This document shows positions 33,444-44,426 of a stretch of 53,214 nt of DNA, piece after piece (the first letter of the stretch is position 1; the number at the start of each line of letters is the position of its first letter). Position numbers and translations under genes: made by a program. This DNA is from Fidelibacterota bacterium. Its GTDB lineage: Bacteria > Fidelibacterota > UBA2242. The notes beneath the pieces are model-generated. The model was not told the DNA's origin. It saw only the letters and a program-made list of their open reading frames with translations, and did no database searches. The stretch covers positions 1 to 53,214 of the forward strand of contig JADHWC010000005.1 in assembly GCA_016783665.1 (NCBI GenBank). The letters are read 5' to 3'.

Positions 33444-34943
33444 ATGATTGAAAAAGCCTATGAATTTTTACAATCCAGAGGCGCTGTTACGCTTTCAATA
33501 AAATCGATTGAAAAAATAACTGACGCCCGCAAAACGGTGATGGACTTTATTAACCGGGACAAGACCGTGTATGGTATAAATACCGGATTCGGAAAACTCA
33601 GTGCCATAAAGATCAAGCCAAGCGAACTGGCAGAGTTGCAGGTGAATTTACTACGCAGCCACGCTTGTGGCGTCAGTGACCCGATCAGTTCTGACATTGT
33701 CGCCCTGATGATGTACCTGAAAATACAGAATTTGTCAAAAGGCTATAGCGGATGTTCTTTAGAAGTCATTGAAAAGCTGGTGGAATTGCTCAATAAACAG
33801 ATTATTCCAGTTGTTCCACGACGGGGATCTGTAGGCGCCAGTGGCGATCTGGCGCCTCTGGCTCATATGTGTTTACCGCTGATTGGAGAAGGCGAAGTTG
33901 AACATCAGGGAAAGGTTTTTCAAGCGGAAGAATTAGTTGCACGAGGAATTTATTATCCTGTTACTCTGGGACCAAAAGACGGTTTGTCATTAATCAATGG
34001 AACCCAGTATTCAACTGCATTGATTACCTATGCACTATCACAGGTCCGGGATTTATTTATATTAGCGGAATTGGCGGCGGCGATGAGCGTCGAAGCTGTT
34101 TTAGCGACGGATACACCGTTCCGGGATCAAATCCAGTTGGTTCGGAGACAAAAAGGACAACGGATAGTTGCAGAGCACCTGAGAAATTTTCTGAGAAATA
34201 GCGAGATCGTTCACTCCCATGTGAGTTGTAATAAAGTTCAGGATCCCTATAGTTTTCGTTGCACACCACAGGTTCTGGGCGCTGTGCTTGATACGATTCA
34301 ATTTGTGGAAACTACTGTCGATAATGAAATCCAGGCTGTCACCGATAATCCGCTGGTGTTTCCTGAAACCGGTGAGATTTTATCCGGTGGGAATTTCCAT
34401 GCGGAGCCGATTGCGTTGGCAGCGGATTATTTATCCATTGCACTGACGGAGTTAGGGAATATAAGCGAGCGGCGGATTTCAACTTTATCTGATACTGCAA
34501 TGAGTGGTCTGCCGGCATTTCTGGTGGATACGAGCGGCATTAATTCAGGGTTTATGATCGTTCATGTCACAGCTGCGGCATTATGCGCCGAAAACCGGAC
34601 ATTATCAAATCCCGCTTCTGTTGAAACGATCCCTACCTCGTCAAATCAGGAAGACCATGTCAGTATGGCGCCAAATGCAGGATTGAAGCTTCAACAGATT
34701 GTTGAAAATATCCGCCAGGTCATCTGGATCGAATTTCTCACAGCTGCTCAGGGAATCGATTATCGGAAGAATTTAGCAAATGGTGACGGAACGAAGATTG
34801 GTTATGAAAAAGTCCGGTCGCTGGTGTCCCATCTTGATAAGGACCGTCTGTTTTATAAAGATTTGAGAAAGATAGATGACTTTTATGGTGATCGGGATTT
34901 TATTGAACAGGTCCGAATAGTTGCGAATCAGACAAAAAAATGA
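33444..34943 (+). CDS. hutH: Histidine ammonia-lyase
   Basis: VYGINTGFG, GSVGASGDLAPLAH (MIO), QDPYSFRC, GGNFH, NQEDHVSM. Confidence 0.96.
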   Translation: MIEKAYEFLQSRGAVTLSIKSIEKITDARKTVMDFINRDKTVYGINTGFGKLSAIKIKPSELAELQVNLLRSHACGVSDPISSDIVALMMYLKIQNLSKGYSGCSLEVIEKLVELLNKQIIPVVPRRGSVGASGDLAPLAHMCLPLIGEGEVEHQGKVFQAEELVARGIYYPVTLGPKDGLSLINGTQYSTALITYALSQVRDLFILAELAAAMSVEAVLATDTPFRDQIQLVRRQKGQRIVAEHLRNFLRNSEIVHSHVSCNKVQDPYSFRCTPQVLGAVLDTIQFVETTVDNEIQAVTDNPLVFPETGEILSGGNFHAEPIALAADYLSIALTELGNISERRISTLSDTAMSGLPAFLVDTSGINSGFMIVHVTAAALCAENRTLSNPASVETIPTSSNQEDHVSMAPNAGLKLQQIVENIRQVIWIEFLTAAQGIDYRKNLANGDGTKIGYEKVRSLVSHLDKDRLFYKDLRKIDDFYGDRDFIEQVRIVANQTKK

Positions 34944-36419
<1,476 letters not shown>

Positions 36420-36439
36420 ATGGAGTTGATTAAAATAAA

Positions 36440-36694
36440 TTACGCTAAATTTGCGACGTGAGCAGCGAGGTTGGATTTTTTATTGGCTGCGTTATTTTTA
36501 TGGATAATTCCTTTACCGGCAATGGAGTCGATTATTGAAACAGCTTCGCGGAAGAGAGTTTCTGCTTCATCTTTGGTATTGGCAGCTCGTACCTTCTTTA
36601 CCATTGTTTTCATTAAAGATTTGTAATGTTTATTACGCAGTCTGGCTTTTTCTGCCTGGCGAATCCGTTTCTGGACTGATAAATTCTTGCTCAT
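36440..36694 (-). CDS. rpsT: 30S ribosomal protein S20
   Basis: KRIRQAEKARLRNK...KGIIHKNNAANKKS; AAGGAG RBS before ATG at 36694. Confidence 0.95.
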   Translation of the reverse strand: MSKNLSVQKRIRQAEKARLRNKHYKSLMKTMVKKVRAANTKDEAETLFREAVSIIDSIAGKGIIHKNNAANKKSNLAAHVANLA

Positions 36695-36771
36695 TAAACT
36701 CCTTTCCAAAGTTTTCAAACAGTTTGCAAATTTATTTATATCAATCCTGAATATCAAAGGAAAAAACACTC

Positions 36772-37416
36772 TTGACGCTGATTTTGATAATAAAAATAAT
36801 TCTAACCATATTTGCTTCACTGCTGGGATTGTCCCTCTTGATACTTATTTTCCCGACCCGTTTAAAGGTCAACGGGACGTTTGAAGATGATCAAAAACAG
36901 CTGCGGGCTGTTGTATCATTCATCTACGGATTTTTATGTTTTTTTTTACGCTGGGAGAGCAACACTATCAGTTTTTCAGTGGCATTGCTTATGTTGAGAG
37001 TACCGGTTTGGAAAAAATCTCTCGCAGAGCCGGTAAAAAAACCAAAGAAAAAAGAAAAAAAAACCAAAGAGAAAAGGGATTCTTCCGAATTATCGGCAAT
37101 TGACTGGATTTCATTTGCCGGAAAAGTAGCGCCCAAAATTATGAAACCGATTCATTTTAAGACAATTGACGGAGATATGTCCGTCGGTTTTAAAAATCCC
37201 GCCGCGACAGGTTTCTTTCTTTCGACCTATTATATGTTCAGATATACCACTAAATATTTGAAACGGATAAACATACGGGCGAATTTTACAAAACCCGGAA
37301 TTTGGGGAAAAATTGAAATTGATGGTTTAATTCATTTGTATAAATATATTCCAATTCTTATTTTTGCACATAAAAACTATAAGCGACGAATTCGCGAGAA
37401 AAAAGGAGGTTTGTAA
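36772..37416 (+). CDS. DUF2953/YtfI-like membrane protein
   Basis: N-terminal TM, GFKNPAATG motif; coupled to a ytfJ-like gene. Confidence 0.65.
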   Translation: MTLILIIKIILTIFASLLGLSLLILIFPTRLKVNGTFEDDQKQLRAVVSFIYGFLCFFLRWESNTISFSVALLMLRVPVWKKSLAEPVKKPKKKEKKTKEKRDSSELSAIDWISFAGKVAPKIMKPIHFKTIDGDMSVGFKNPAATGFFLSTYYMFRYTTKYLKRINIRANFTKPGIWGKIEIDGLIHLYKYIPILIFAHKNYKRRIREKKGGL

Positions 37417-37763
37417 TGGTTGAAAATCTGATAGATACGCTGTTAGGAAAATTGAAAGACCTGGTCGATTCGGAAACTGTCATCGGCAAACCGATCCAGG
37501 CAGGCAAATCCACTGTCATTCCGGTTACTAAAATTTCCTTTGGTTTTGGAGCCGGCGGTGGTCAATCAAAAGACGATAAGGATAGGGGAACCGGTACCGG
37601 CGGCGGCGCAATCATCGAACCGGTGGCGATTATCATAATCGAAAATGATAACGTGCGGGTACACAGTTTGAAAGACCGCGGCCTGGCGAAAGTCATTGAT
37701 ATGGTTCCGGGTATTCTTAAAAAGTTTACCAAAACAAAAGAATCGACTAAGGAAAAAAGCTAA
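37416..37763 (+). CDS. YtfJ/GerW-family protein
   Basis: ETVIGKPI, IPVTKISFGFGAGGG, GGGAIIEPVA. Confidence 0.88.
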   Translation: MVENLIDTLLGKLKDLVDSETVIGKPIQAGKSTVIPVTKISFGFGAGGGQSKDDKDRGTGTGGGAIIEPVAIIIIENDNVRVHSLKDRGLAKVIDMVPGILKKFTKTKESTKEKS

Positions 37764-37846
37764 ATTGAAGGATAAGATTTAAGCTGTGAAACTTTTTCTT
37801 GTTTTTTTAGACGATACCCACTATTTTTTGACGGAGATAAAACAAT

Positions 37847-38524
37847 ATGAATAACTCTGTACTTAAAAATATTCCAATATTTGCAGATCTGAAAGATGAG
37901 ATTCTCGAAAAGATCTTCAGTTTGATGCAAAAACGCCTCTATAAACGAAATAACATGATCCTGATGGAAGAGGATGTGGGAGACACCCTTTTTATTCTTA
38001 ATCAGGGTAGCGTGAAGATCACTCGCCTGAGTGATGATGGACGCGAAGTTATTTTATCGATCCTGGGAGATGGTGACTTTTTTGGGGAAATGTCTATTTT
38101 TGATGGTGAAAGCCGCTCTGCCAATGTGATTGCGCTTGAGGATTCGGAAGTGTTTGTCCTGAAAAGAGGGGATTTTCTGGATCTGCTGGAAAAACATCCG
38201 ATGATCGCGATTGCGTTGCTTCAGGAACTGGCTATTCGTCTGAGGAGGTCTGATCAGCAAATTGAGGGATTGTCCTTAAGCGACGCGGAAAACCGGATCG
38301 CCATGAGCATCATTCGTCTGGCGGAAGACCTTGGCGTCATCAAATTGGGACAGGTCATCATTGATAATCTTCCATTCCAGCAGGATATTGCCAACATGGC
38401 GGGAACGTCCCGTGAAACAGTATCACGGATGTTGAAACTGCTCGATGGAAAAGGCTGGATCCAGCGCAAAGGGCGCCGGTTGATCATTACCAATTATGAC
38501 GAATTCGTGAAGGAATTCGGGTAG
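37847..38524 (+). CDS. Crp/Fnr-family transcriptional regulator
   Basis: FFGEMS, RSANV, HTH QQDIANMAGTSRETVSR. Confidence 0.95.
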   Translation: MNNSVLKNIPIFADLKDEILEKIFSLMQKRLYKRNNMILMEEDVGDTLFILNQGSVKITRLSDDGREVILSILGDGDFFGEMSIFDGESRSANVIALEDSEVFVLKRGDFLDLLEKHPMIAIALLQELAIRLRRSDQQIEGLSLSDAENRIAMSIIRLAEDLGVIKLGQVIIDNLPFQQDIANMAGTSRETVSRMLKLLDGKGWIQRKGRRLIITNYDEFVKEFG

Positions 38525-38863
38525 AAGATAAATTTTAACAGAATATATTTTTATTCCTTCAGCAATCTTGCTGCTTGTTGGGAATATCATATAGTAAATA
38601 ACCCTTATGTCCTACTTGTGGCAAAGCCCTGGTTTTGTAACGAAAAATACAATCTTCTCTAACATTTCCAGGCTGGGGCTCGGGAATGAGTTGTTAAAAA
38701 AAACCTTTATATAAACCTGTGTATATTTCCCGATAGTAATCGGGCCAGACTGTGAAATTCGTGGTTTACTTTTATAAAAAAATCAATATCACAACTCATT
38801 CAATAAACGCTGTTTTTATGGGATGGGATAATTATATTTAAGGGATATTTTTTCTGATAACTA

Positions 38864-39664
38864 TTGAACAACAGATACATGAAATCGGACAAATCGAAAT
38901 CCAAAGATAAGAACAAGAATATGACAGAAATGGGCTTTCTGGACCATCTGGAAGAACTGCGCTGGCGCTTGTTAAAGGCATTGTTCAGCGTTATTCTCTT
39001 CATGGTATTGACATTTTTGGTTTCCGATATATTTATCGATTTACTAATCAAACCCTCCAAAATGCTGCAGCCGGATATGAAAATCCAGGTGTTGAAAGTT
39101 CAGGGAATGCTGATGCTCAAGTTTGGCGTGGCGCTGGTCATGGGGATTGTATTTTCCATTCCGGTGATCGCCTATCAGTTCTGGGCGTTTGTGGCGCCCG
39201 GTCTCTATCCTAATGAAAAAAGCTGGGGACCCTGGCTGGTGTTGAGCGTTACGCTGTTTTTTTTGGTGGGAGTTTTATTCGCATATTTTGTCTTAATTCC
39301 GTTTGCTATCAAGTTTCTGATTGCAATAGGAACTCCTGAAGTGGAGAAGAATATATCGATCAATTACTATGCAAAATTTGTACTCCAGCTTTTGGTTGCA
39401 TCAGGTTTTATTTTTCAAATGCCGGTAGCATCATTTATCCTGACAAAAATGGGGCTGATTACGCCAACGTTTTTACGAAAAAGCTGGCGCTATGCCATAA
39501 TCATTATTTTATTCGTAGCAGCCTTCATAACGCCGCCCGATCCGGTGAGCATGTTGATGATGGGAATTCCCCTGTTTTTCCTTTATGAATTCAGTATATT
39601 TGTGTCCCGGGTAGCGATGAAAGGCGCGAGGCGAGATTCGGATAATCACCACTTAGAAGGATAA
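38864..39664 (+). CDS. tatC: Twin-arginine translocase TatC (start probably 38879)
   Basis: FLDHLEELRWRL, FVAPGLYPNE, ITPPD. Confidence 0.95.
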   Translation: MNNRYMKSDKSKSKDKNKNMTEMGFLDHLEELRWRLLKALFSVILFMVLTFLVSDIFIDLLIKPSKMLQPDMKIQVLKVQGMLMLKFGVALVMGIVFSIPVIAYQFWAFVAPGLYPNEKSWGPWLVLSVTLFFLVGVLFAYFVLIPFAIKFLIAIGTPEVEKNISINYYAKFVLQLLVASGFIFQMPVASFILTKMGLITPTFLRKSWRYAIIIILFVAAFITPPDPVSMLMMGIPLFFLYEFSIFVSRVAMKGARRDSDNHHLEG

Positions 39665-39666
39665 GC

Positions 39667-40644
39667 ATGGCAGATCCTATCGGTAAATTAGCCAAACCGG
39701 TTCAGAAAGAGTTGAAATTATTCTATAAAGAATTTGAATCGGCGCTGCAATCGGATGTTGGACTGATTAATGAAATTTCACGATATATTCTTGATCAAAA
39801 CGGCAAACGAATACGACCGTTATTGGTGCTGTTATCCGCAAAGCTGTGTGGCGATCCTAATGATGCTACGATTGTGTCTGCCGGACTGGTGGAGATCCTT
39901 CATACGGCAACTTTAATTCATGATGACATTATCGACGAAGCGAAAACCCGCCGCGGAGTACCTTCGGTAAATACCGTATGGAAGAATAAAGTATCCGTGT
40001 TGATGGGAGATTTTCTGTTCAGCCGGTCGCTGACCAATATGCTGCGGCTGCGGAATTTTGAAGCGCTGGAATTGCTGTCAAAAACCTCCGAATCGCTAAG
40101 TTCCGGGGAAATCCTTCAACTGGAAAAAAGTTCAAATAATGGTATGGATGAGGATAATTATTTCCGTATGATCTGGCTGAAAACCGCCTCGCTGTTTGCA
40201 AGCAGTTGTAAAGTCGGCGCCTTATCGGTGGGAGCAGATCCGGAACAGGCGGACGCTCTCTACATGTTCGGGAAATATCTGGGGTTGGCATTTCAGATCA
40301 AGGATGATTTGTTCGATTATACTGCCAAAGAGGATAAAATCGGCAAGCCGATTGGCAGGGATTTGAAATCGAATCTAATAACTTTACCCTTGTTGTACGT
40401 GTTAAATAAAATGGACTCGGATAGAAGCCTGGAAATCCGGGAATGGATCAGAGCCGGACTGCTGCCGGATGATATTGAAAAGATAAATGAATTGATTGTT
40501 GAAAAAGATGGCGTTGCCTACGCAAAGCAAAAATTAACAGAAATTTCAGATCAAGCGCGCGCAGCGCTGGATTTATTTCCGGCTTCAGATGTAAAACAGT
40601 CATTACTGGGATTTATTGAATTTAATCGGGAAAGAACTCATTGA
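39667..40644 (+). CDS. Polyprenyl (octaprenyl/heptaprenyl) diphosphate synthase
   Basis: GKRIRP, LIHDDIID, FQIKDDLFD. Confidence 0.92.
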   Translation: MADPIGKLAKPVQKELKLFYKEFESALQSDVGLINEISRYILDQNGKRIRPLLVLLSAKLCGDPNDATIVSAGLVEILHTATLIHDDIIDEAKTRRGVPSVNTVWKNKVSVLMGDFLFSRSLTNMLRLRNFEALELLSKTSESLSSGEILQLEKSSNNGMDEDNYFRMIWLKTASLFASSCKVGALSVGADPEQADALYMFGKYLGLAFQIKDDLFDYTAKEDKIGKPIGRDLKSNLITLPLLYVLNKMDSDRSLEIREWIRAGLLPDDIEKINELIVEKDGVAYAKQKLTEISDQARAALDLFPASDVKQSLLGFIEFNRERTH

Positions 40645-41681
40645 GTTTAGAGCGATATCCACAAAAAATACTGATAATCCGTTTGAGTTCGCTGGGCGAT
40701 ATTGTATTCTTAACGCCTATTTTCAAGGTACTGCGTAGTAAATTTCCGGACGCCAGAATCGATTTCCTGACAAAAGTGGAATTTCAGCCATTACTTCAGC
40801 ATAATCCCTTTATATCGAATGTCCTGACCTTTGACTCTGACGGAGGATTTCCCGGGTGGCGCGAGCTCTGTCGCGAATTAGCATGTGGAGGCTATGATCT
40901 GTACATCGACATGCACAATTCTATTCGCAGCAGGGTTCTTGGTTATTATTTACGGAAGATTCCACATCTTCGGTTCTTAAAACCGCGATTGAAACGATTT
41001 TTGTTGTTCTATTTTTATATAAACCTGTTTCCGGAAAATTTCACTGTTCTAAATGAATATATGAAAGTCCTCGAACCTTTGGGTATATCCGGTGATTCAT
41101 TGGTTCCTGAAATCTACCTGAATGACTTAGCCACTCAGCGGGCTGAAGAATTATTACGAGAGCGGGGAGTTACGAAACCTTTCGTCGTGATGTTGCCTGT
41201 TGCAGCCTGGAAAAACAAGCGCTATCCTCTTGAAAAGTACCGGGAGCTTGCTAAATGCATTTATGATACATACACTATTCCTGTTGTTTGGCTGGGTGGA
41301 AAGAAAGATCACTATTTAGCTGAATTATCTGATCTGAACAGTGGGAGTAATATTTCCTTGATCGGTGAAGCTACGTTGGAAGAATCCATTGCCGTTTTGG
41401 CGAAAAGTACACTTGTAATTGGTAATGATACGGGTTTAAGTTATGCCGCTGAAGCGGTGCAGACGCCACTGATCGTCATTTTGGGACCAACTTCACGGGA
41501 GACGGGGGCAGGAGCGTATAGTGATAAAAGTCGATCAATCGAACAGCAGCTCTGCTGCCGTCCCTGTTCTCAAAAAGGAGACCGGAGATGTTACCGGAAA
41601 CAGCAGTACTGTCTGGAAAACAGTTCTATGGAGGAAGTTTTTAGGGCAGTAGAATCTGTCTTAAACGATATCGTGGCATGA
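40641..41681 (+). CDS. GT9 LPS heptosyltransferase
   Basis: IRLSSLGDI, GNDTGL, LGPT. Confidence 0.88.
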   Translation: MSLERYPQKILIIRLSSLGDIVFLTPIFKVLRSKFPDARIDFLTKVEFQPLLQHNPFISNVLTFDSDGGFPGWRELCRELACGGYDLYIDMHNSIRSRVLGYYLRKIPHLRFLKPRLKRFLLFYFYINLFPENFTVLNEYMKVLEPLGISGDSLVPEIYLNDLATQRAEELLRERGVTKPFVVMLPVAAWKNKRYPLEKYRELAKCIYDTYTIPVVWLGGKKDHYLAELSDLNSGSNISLIGEATLEESIAVLAKSTLVIGNDTGLSYAAEAVQTPLIVILGPTSRETGAGAYSDKSRSIEQQLCCRPCSQKGDRRCYRKQQYCLENSSMEEVFRAVESVLNDIVA

Positions 41682-42958
41682 CAATATTCTGGATTATCAT
41701 ATACAACATCATTTTTGTACCTCTGGCGTTTCTTGCGCTCCAGATTCTGACGCTCTTTAATGACAAGATAAAAGAGGGAATTAAGGGACGAAAAATCACC
41801 TGGTACGACCTGAAACGATTTCGTCAGAAACACCCCAATAAACCGGTCTTTCTGGTCCATTCGGCTTCTCTGGGGGAGTTTGAACAGGCAAAGCCGGTTA
41901 TTCGGGGATTAAACGCTGTTCGCCCGGATGTGCTGATTGTTGCAAGTTTTACATCACCAAGTGGTTTCAGCCATGCGGAACGGATGTCGGAAGTGGATCT
42001 GATGATTTATCTGCCGTTCGACAGTTTCTTGGGAACACGGCGATTTATCCAGAAACTCAAACCACAAAAGATCATTTTTGTCACATACGAGTTGTGGCCC
42101 AATTTGATCCTAAATGCCAAACGGCACCATGTTTTAACTTATTTAATGTCGGCAAGAATACGGCAGAAAAGCACAAAATTCAGTCCTTTAGTACGCGGCT
42201 TTTTCCGGGAGTTATATCGATCTCTTGATTATATTTTTGCTGTTTCGGAGAAGGACCGCTTGTCTGTCAAAAAATTGATCGGAAGTGTTCAGATCAAATT
42301 ACTGACACTCGGAGATACACGTTATGATCAGGTCGTTGAACGGGCGCGGAGCAGAATAACGAATCAAATTCCACGGCTGTTTGACGAAGATTTTGTTTTT
42401 ATTATCGGCAGTATCTGGCCTCAGGACGCCAGGCATCTGCTGCCGGCGGCGGTTGAAATTTTTAAAAAATTCAATCATTTTCGATGTATCATAGCACCAC
42501 ATGAACCGAATGAGTACGCGTTGGAAAGTTTTGAAGATTACTTTAAAGGCGAAGGAATTTCTTACCTACGGTTTAGCCGGACACAAAAAAGACCTGTCGG
42601 TGAACGCATTGTTTTGATAGATAAAGTCGGGATTTTAGCGGAGCTGTATCACCAGGCGAACCTGGCATTTATTGGCGGAGGATTCCGCGGCTCGATCCAT
42701 AATGTCATGGAACCGGCAGTGGCTGGATTGCCCGTATTATTCGGACCTGATTACCACAATTCAAGAGAGGCAGAATTATTGATTGAGGCAGGCGGCGGCT
42801 TCTCCTGTGATACTGGTAAATGCCTTTTGAAACATATCAAGACATTCATTAAAGATCAAAAAGCCTATGAAGAGGCGTCTTATTCGGCGCGCAAAGTCAT
42901 CTGGGATAATATGGGAGCTTCGGCAAGAACAGTAAAAGAGATATTGGAGAATGATTGA
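41678..42958 (+). CDS. waaA: Kdo transferase
   Basis: HSASLGE, YLPFD, ELWPN, HNVMEPA. Confidence 0.88.
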   Translation: MTIFWIIIYNIIFVPLAFLALQILTLFNDKIKEGIKGRKITWYDLKRFRQKHPNKPVFLVHSASLGEFEQAKPVIRGLNAVRPDVLIVASFTSPSGFSHAERMSEVDLMIYLPFDSFLGTRRFIQKLKPQKIIFVTYELWPNLILNAKRHHVLTYLMSARIRQKSTKFSPLVRGFFRELYRSLDYIFAVSEKDRLSVKKLIGSVQIKLLTLGDTRYDQVVERARSRITNQIPRLFDEDFVFIIGSIWPQDARHLLPAAVEIFKKFNHFRCIIAPHEPNEYALESFEDYFKGEGISYLRFSRTQKRPVGERIVLIDKVGILAELYHQANLAFIGGGFRGSIHNVMEPAVAGLPVLFGPDYHNSREAELLIEAGGGFSCDTGKCLLKHIKTFIKDQKAYEEASYSARKVIWDNMGASARTVKEILEND

Positions 42959-43641
42959 GAATTCAATTAAGCGGTTTGGATTTTCAGTATAAAGTCGTAC
43001 AACAATTATTTCGGAATATCAATTTGTCCATTCCGCTTCAACGCCGGGTTGTAATTACCGGGGATAGCGGCTCCGGAAAGACGTCGCTTGTTAAACTTAT
43101 CTCCGGACTCCTGAAACCGGATAAAGGACAGATTATTTTCGAGATTAATGGCGCTGCTCAACAGGATATTCATTTCGGCTATCTCTTTCAAAATCCGGAT
43201 GATCAGTTTGTCCATTTTAATATTGAGCGAGAGCTCGCCTTTAATCTTGAAAATCGTGGTATGAGTTCCGCTGGAATGCAAGTGAAGGCTACTGAAACGC
43301 TCGAAGAGATTGATTTAATTGACAGAAAATCTGATTCGCCCAATAGCTTGTCCGGCGGTGAGAAGCAACGGCTGGCGCTGGCGGGTATGATGATCACGCA
43401 ACCGGATATTCTGATCATGGATGAACCCTGTTCCTTTCTGGATATTTTTGCACAAATTCGGCTTTATAAAAAAATTGACATGCTTGGAAAGCAGGGTGTA
43501 AGTATTATTTGGATCAGTCAGGAAACACATGAGATTCGTATGGCGGATTATGTGATTGCATTGGATCAGGGACAGGTTATTTATAGAGGAAACAGTTCGG
43601 AATACCTGAAAATATTCAGGGACAGTGACTATGAAACCTGA
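42955..43641 (+). CDS. ECF-type ABC ATPase (EcfA-like)
   Basis: GDSGSGKT, FQNPDDQF, LSGGEKQR, IMDEP. Confidence 0.85.
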   Translation: MRIQLSGLDFQYKVVQQLFRNINLSIPLQRRVVITGDSGSGKTSLVKLISGLLKPDKGQIIFEINGAAQQDIHFGYLFQNPDDQFVHFNIERELAFNLENRGMSSAGMQVKATETLEEIDLIDRKSDSPNSLSGGEKQRLALAGMMITQPDILIMDEPCSFLDIFAQIRLYKKIDMLGKQGVSIIWISQETHEIRMADYVIALDQGQVIYRGNSSEYLKIFRDSDYET

Positions 43642-44404
43642 GCTGGATATTCAAGTATCAAATATTGCGTACCGCTTTCAGCCGGAAAGCTCGTTTAATC
43701 TGGCGATCGGGGATTTGAAACACCGGTTTGACGGTGCGCTGGGAATGTACGGTTTATCCGGATCCGGGAAAACGACGTTTAGTAAGATCCTGGCGGGAAT
43801 CGTCAAACCACAGATCGGCGATCTTCATTTTTCATTCAAAAACGGAGCGGTCGAGCCACCGAAAATTTTGTACTCGCCGCAATTTCCGGAGAAGATATTT
43901 CTGGGAGTGAGAGTCAGTGATACCGTTCAACAAATTGTCGCTCAAAATCCGTTAAAAACCGATTTGCATGAGCATATAAATTTTTATCTCGATCTTTTCT
44001 TAATGAGCTATGATTCCATCAAGGCGAAATGCGGTTTTGAACTCAGCGGAGGCGAGCTCAGGCGCTTTGCAATATCTCTGAGCCTTGCGATGTCCCCGGA
44101 TCTACTGATCCTGGACGAACCCACGATCGGGATGGGACATAAGGGGAAAAATCAGCTGTATTCCGTTCTGGAAGATTTTCAACGGCAGCATCACGTTCTG
44201 ATTGTTTCGCATGATTTTGAATTGATCCGAAAAACATGCAAACATTTTTGGATATTACACCGGGGAAGTCTTATTTTTAATGGTAATTTGATTGAGTTGG
44301 ATTCTCAACATGATATAAAAAAACAGGTGGGAATTCATTTATTTGAGATGTATTTTCACAGATCGATAAGACAATTGAGGGGTCAAAGGAATTTTAAAAA
44401 GTAA
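43625..44404 (+). CDS. ECF-type ABC ATPase (EcfA'-like)
   Basis: GLSGSGKT, QFPE, LSGGELRR, ILDEP, VSHD. Confidence 0.82.
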   Translation: MTMKPELDIQVSNIAYRFQPESSFNLAIGDLKHRFDGALGMYGLSGSGKTTFSKILAGIVKPQIGDLHFSFKNGAVEPPKILYSPQFPEKIFLGVRVSDTVQQIVAQNPLKTDLHEHINFYLDLFLMSYDSIKAKCGFELSGGELRRFAISLSLAMSPDLLILDEPTIGMGHKGKNQLYSVLEDFQRQHHVLIVSHDFELIRKTCKHFWILHRGSLIFNGNLIELDSQHDIKKQVGIHLFEMYFHRSIRQLRGQRNFKK

Positions 44405-44426
44405 AGTCAGACAAAAATATGAATCT

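Noticed and set aside
36695-36820. N-terminal extension of S20 in the ORF track
   Set aside because: A strong RBS precedes ATG at 36694, and the extension overlaps the divergent gene
36930-37075. T9 and A-rich tracts in the DUF2953-like gene as phase-variation sites
   Set aside because: Frame is intact, and the tracts are explained by Phe- and Lys-rich coding
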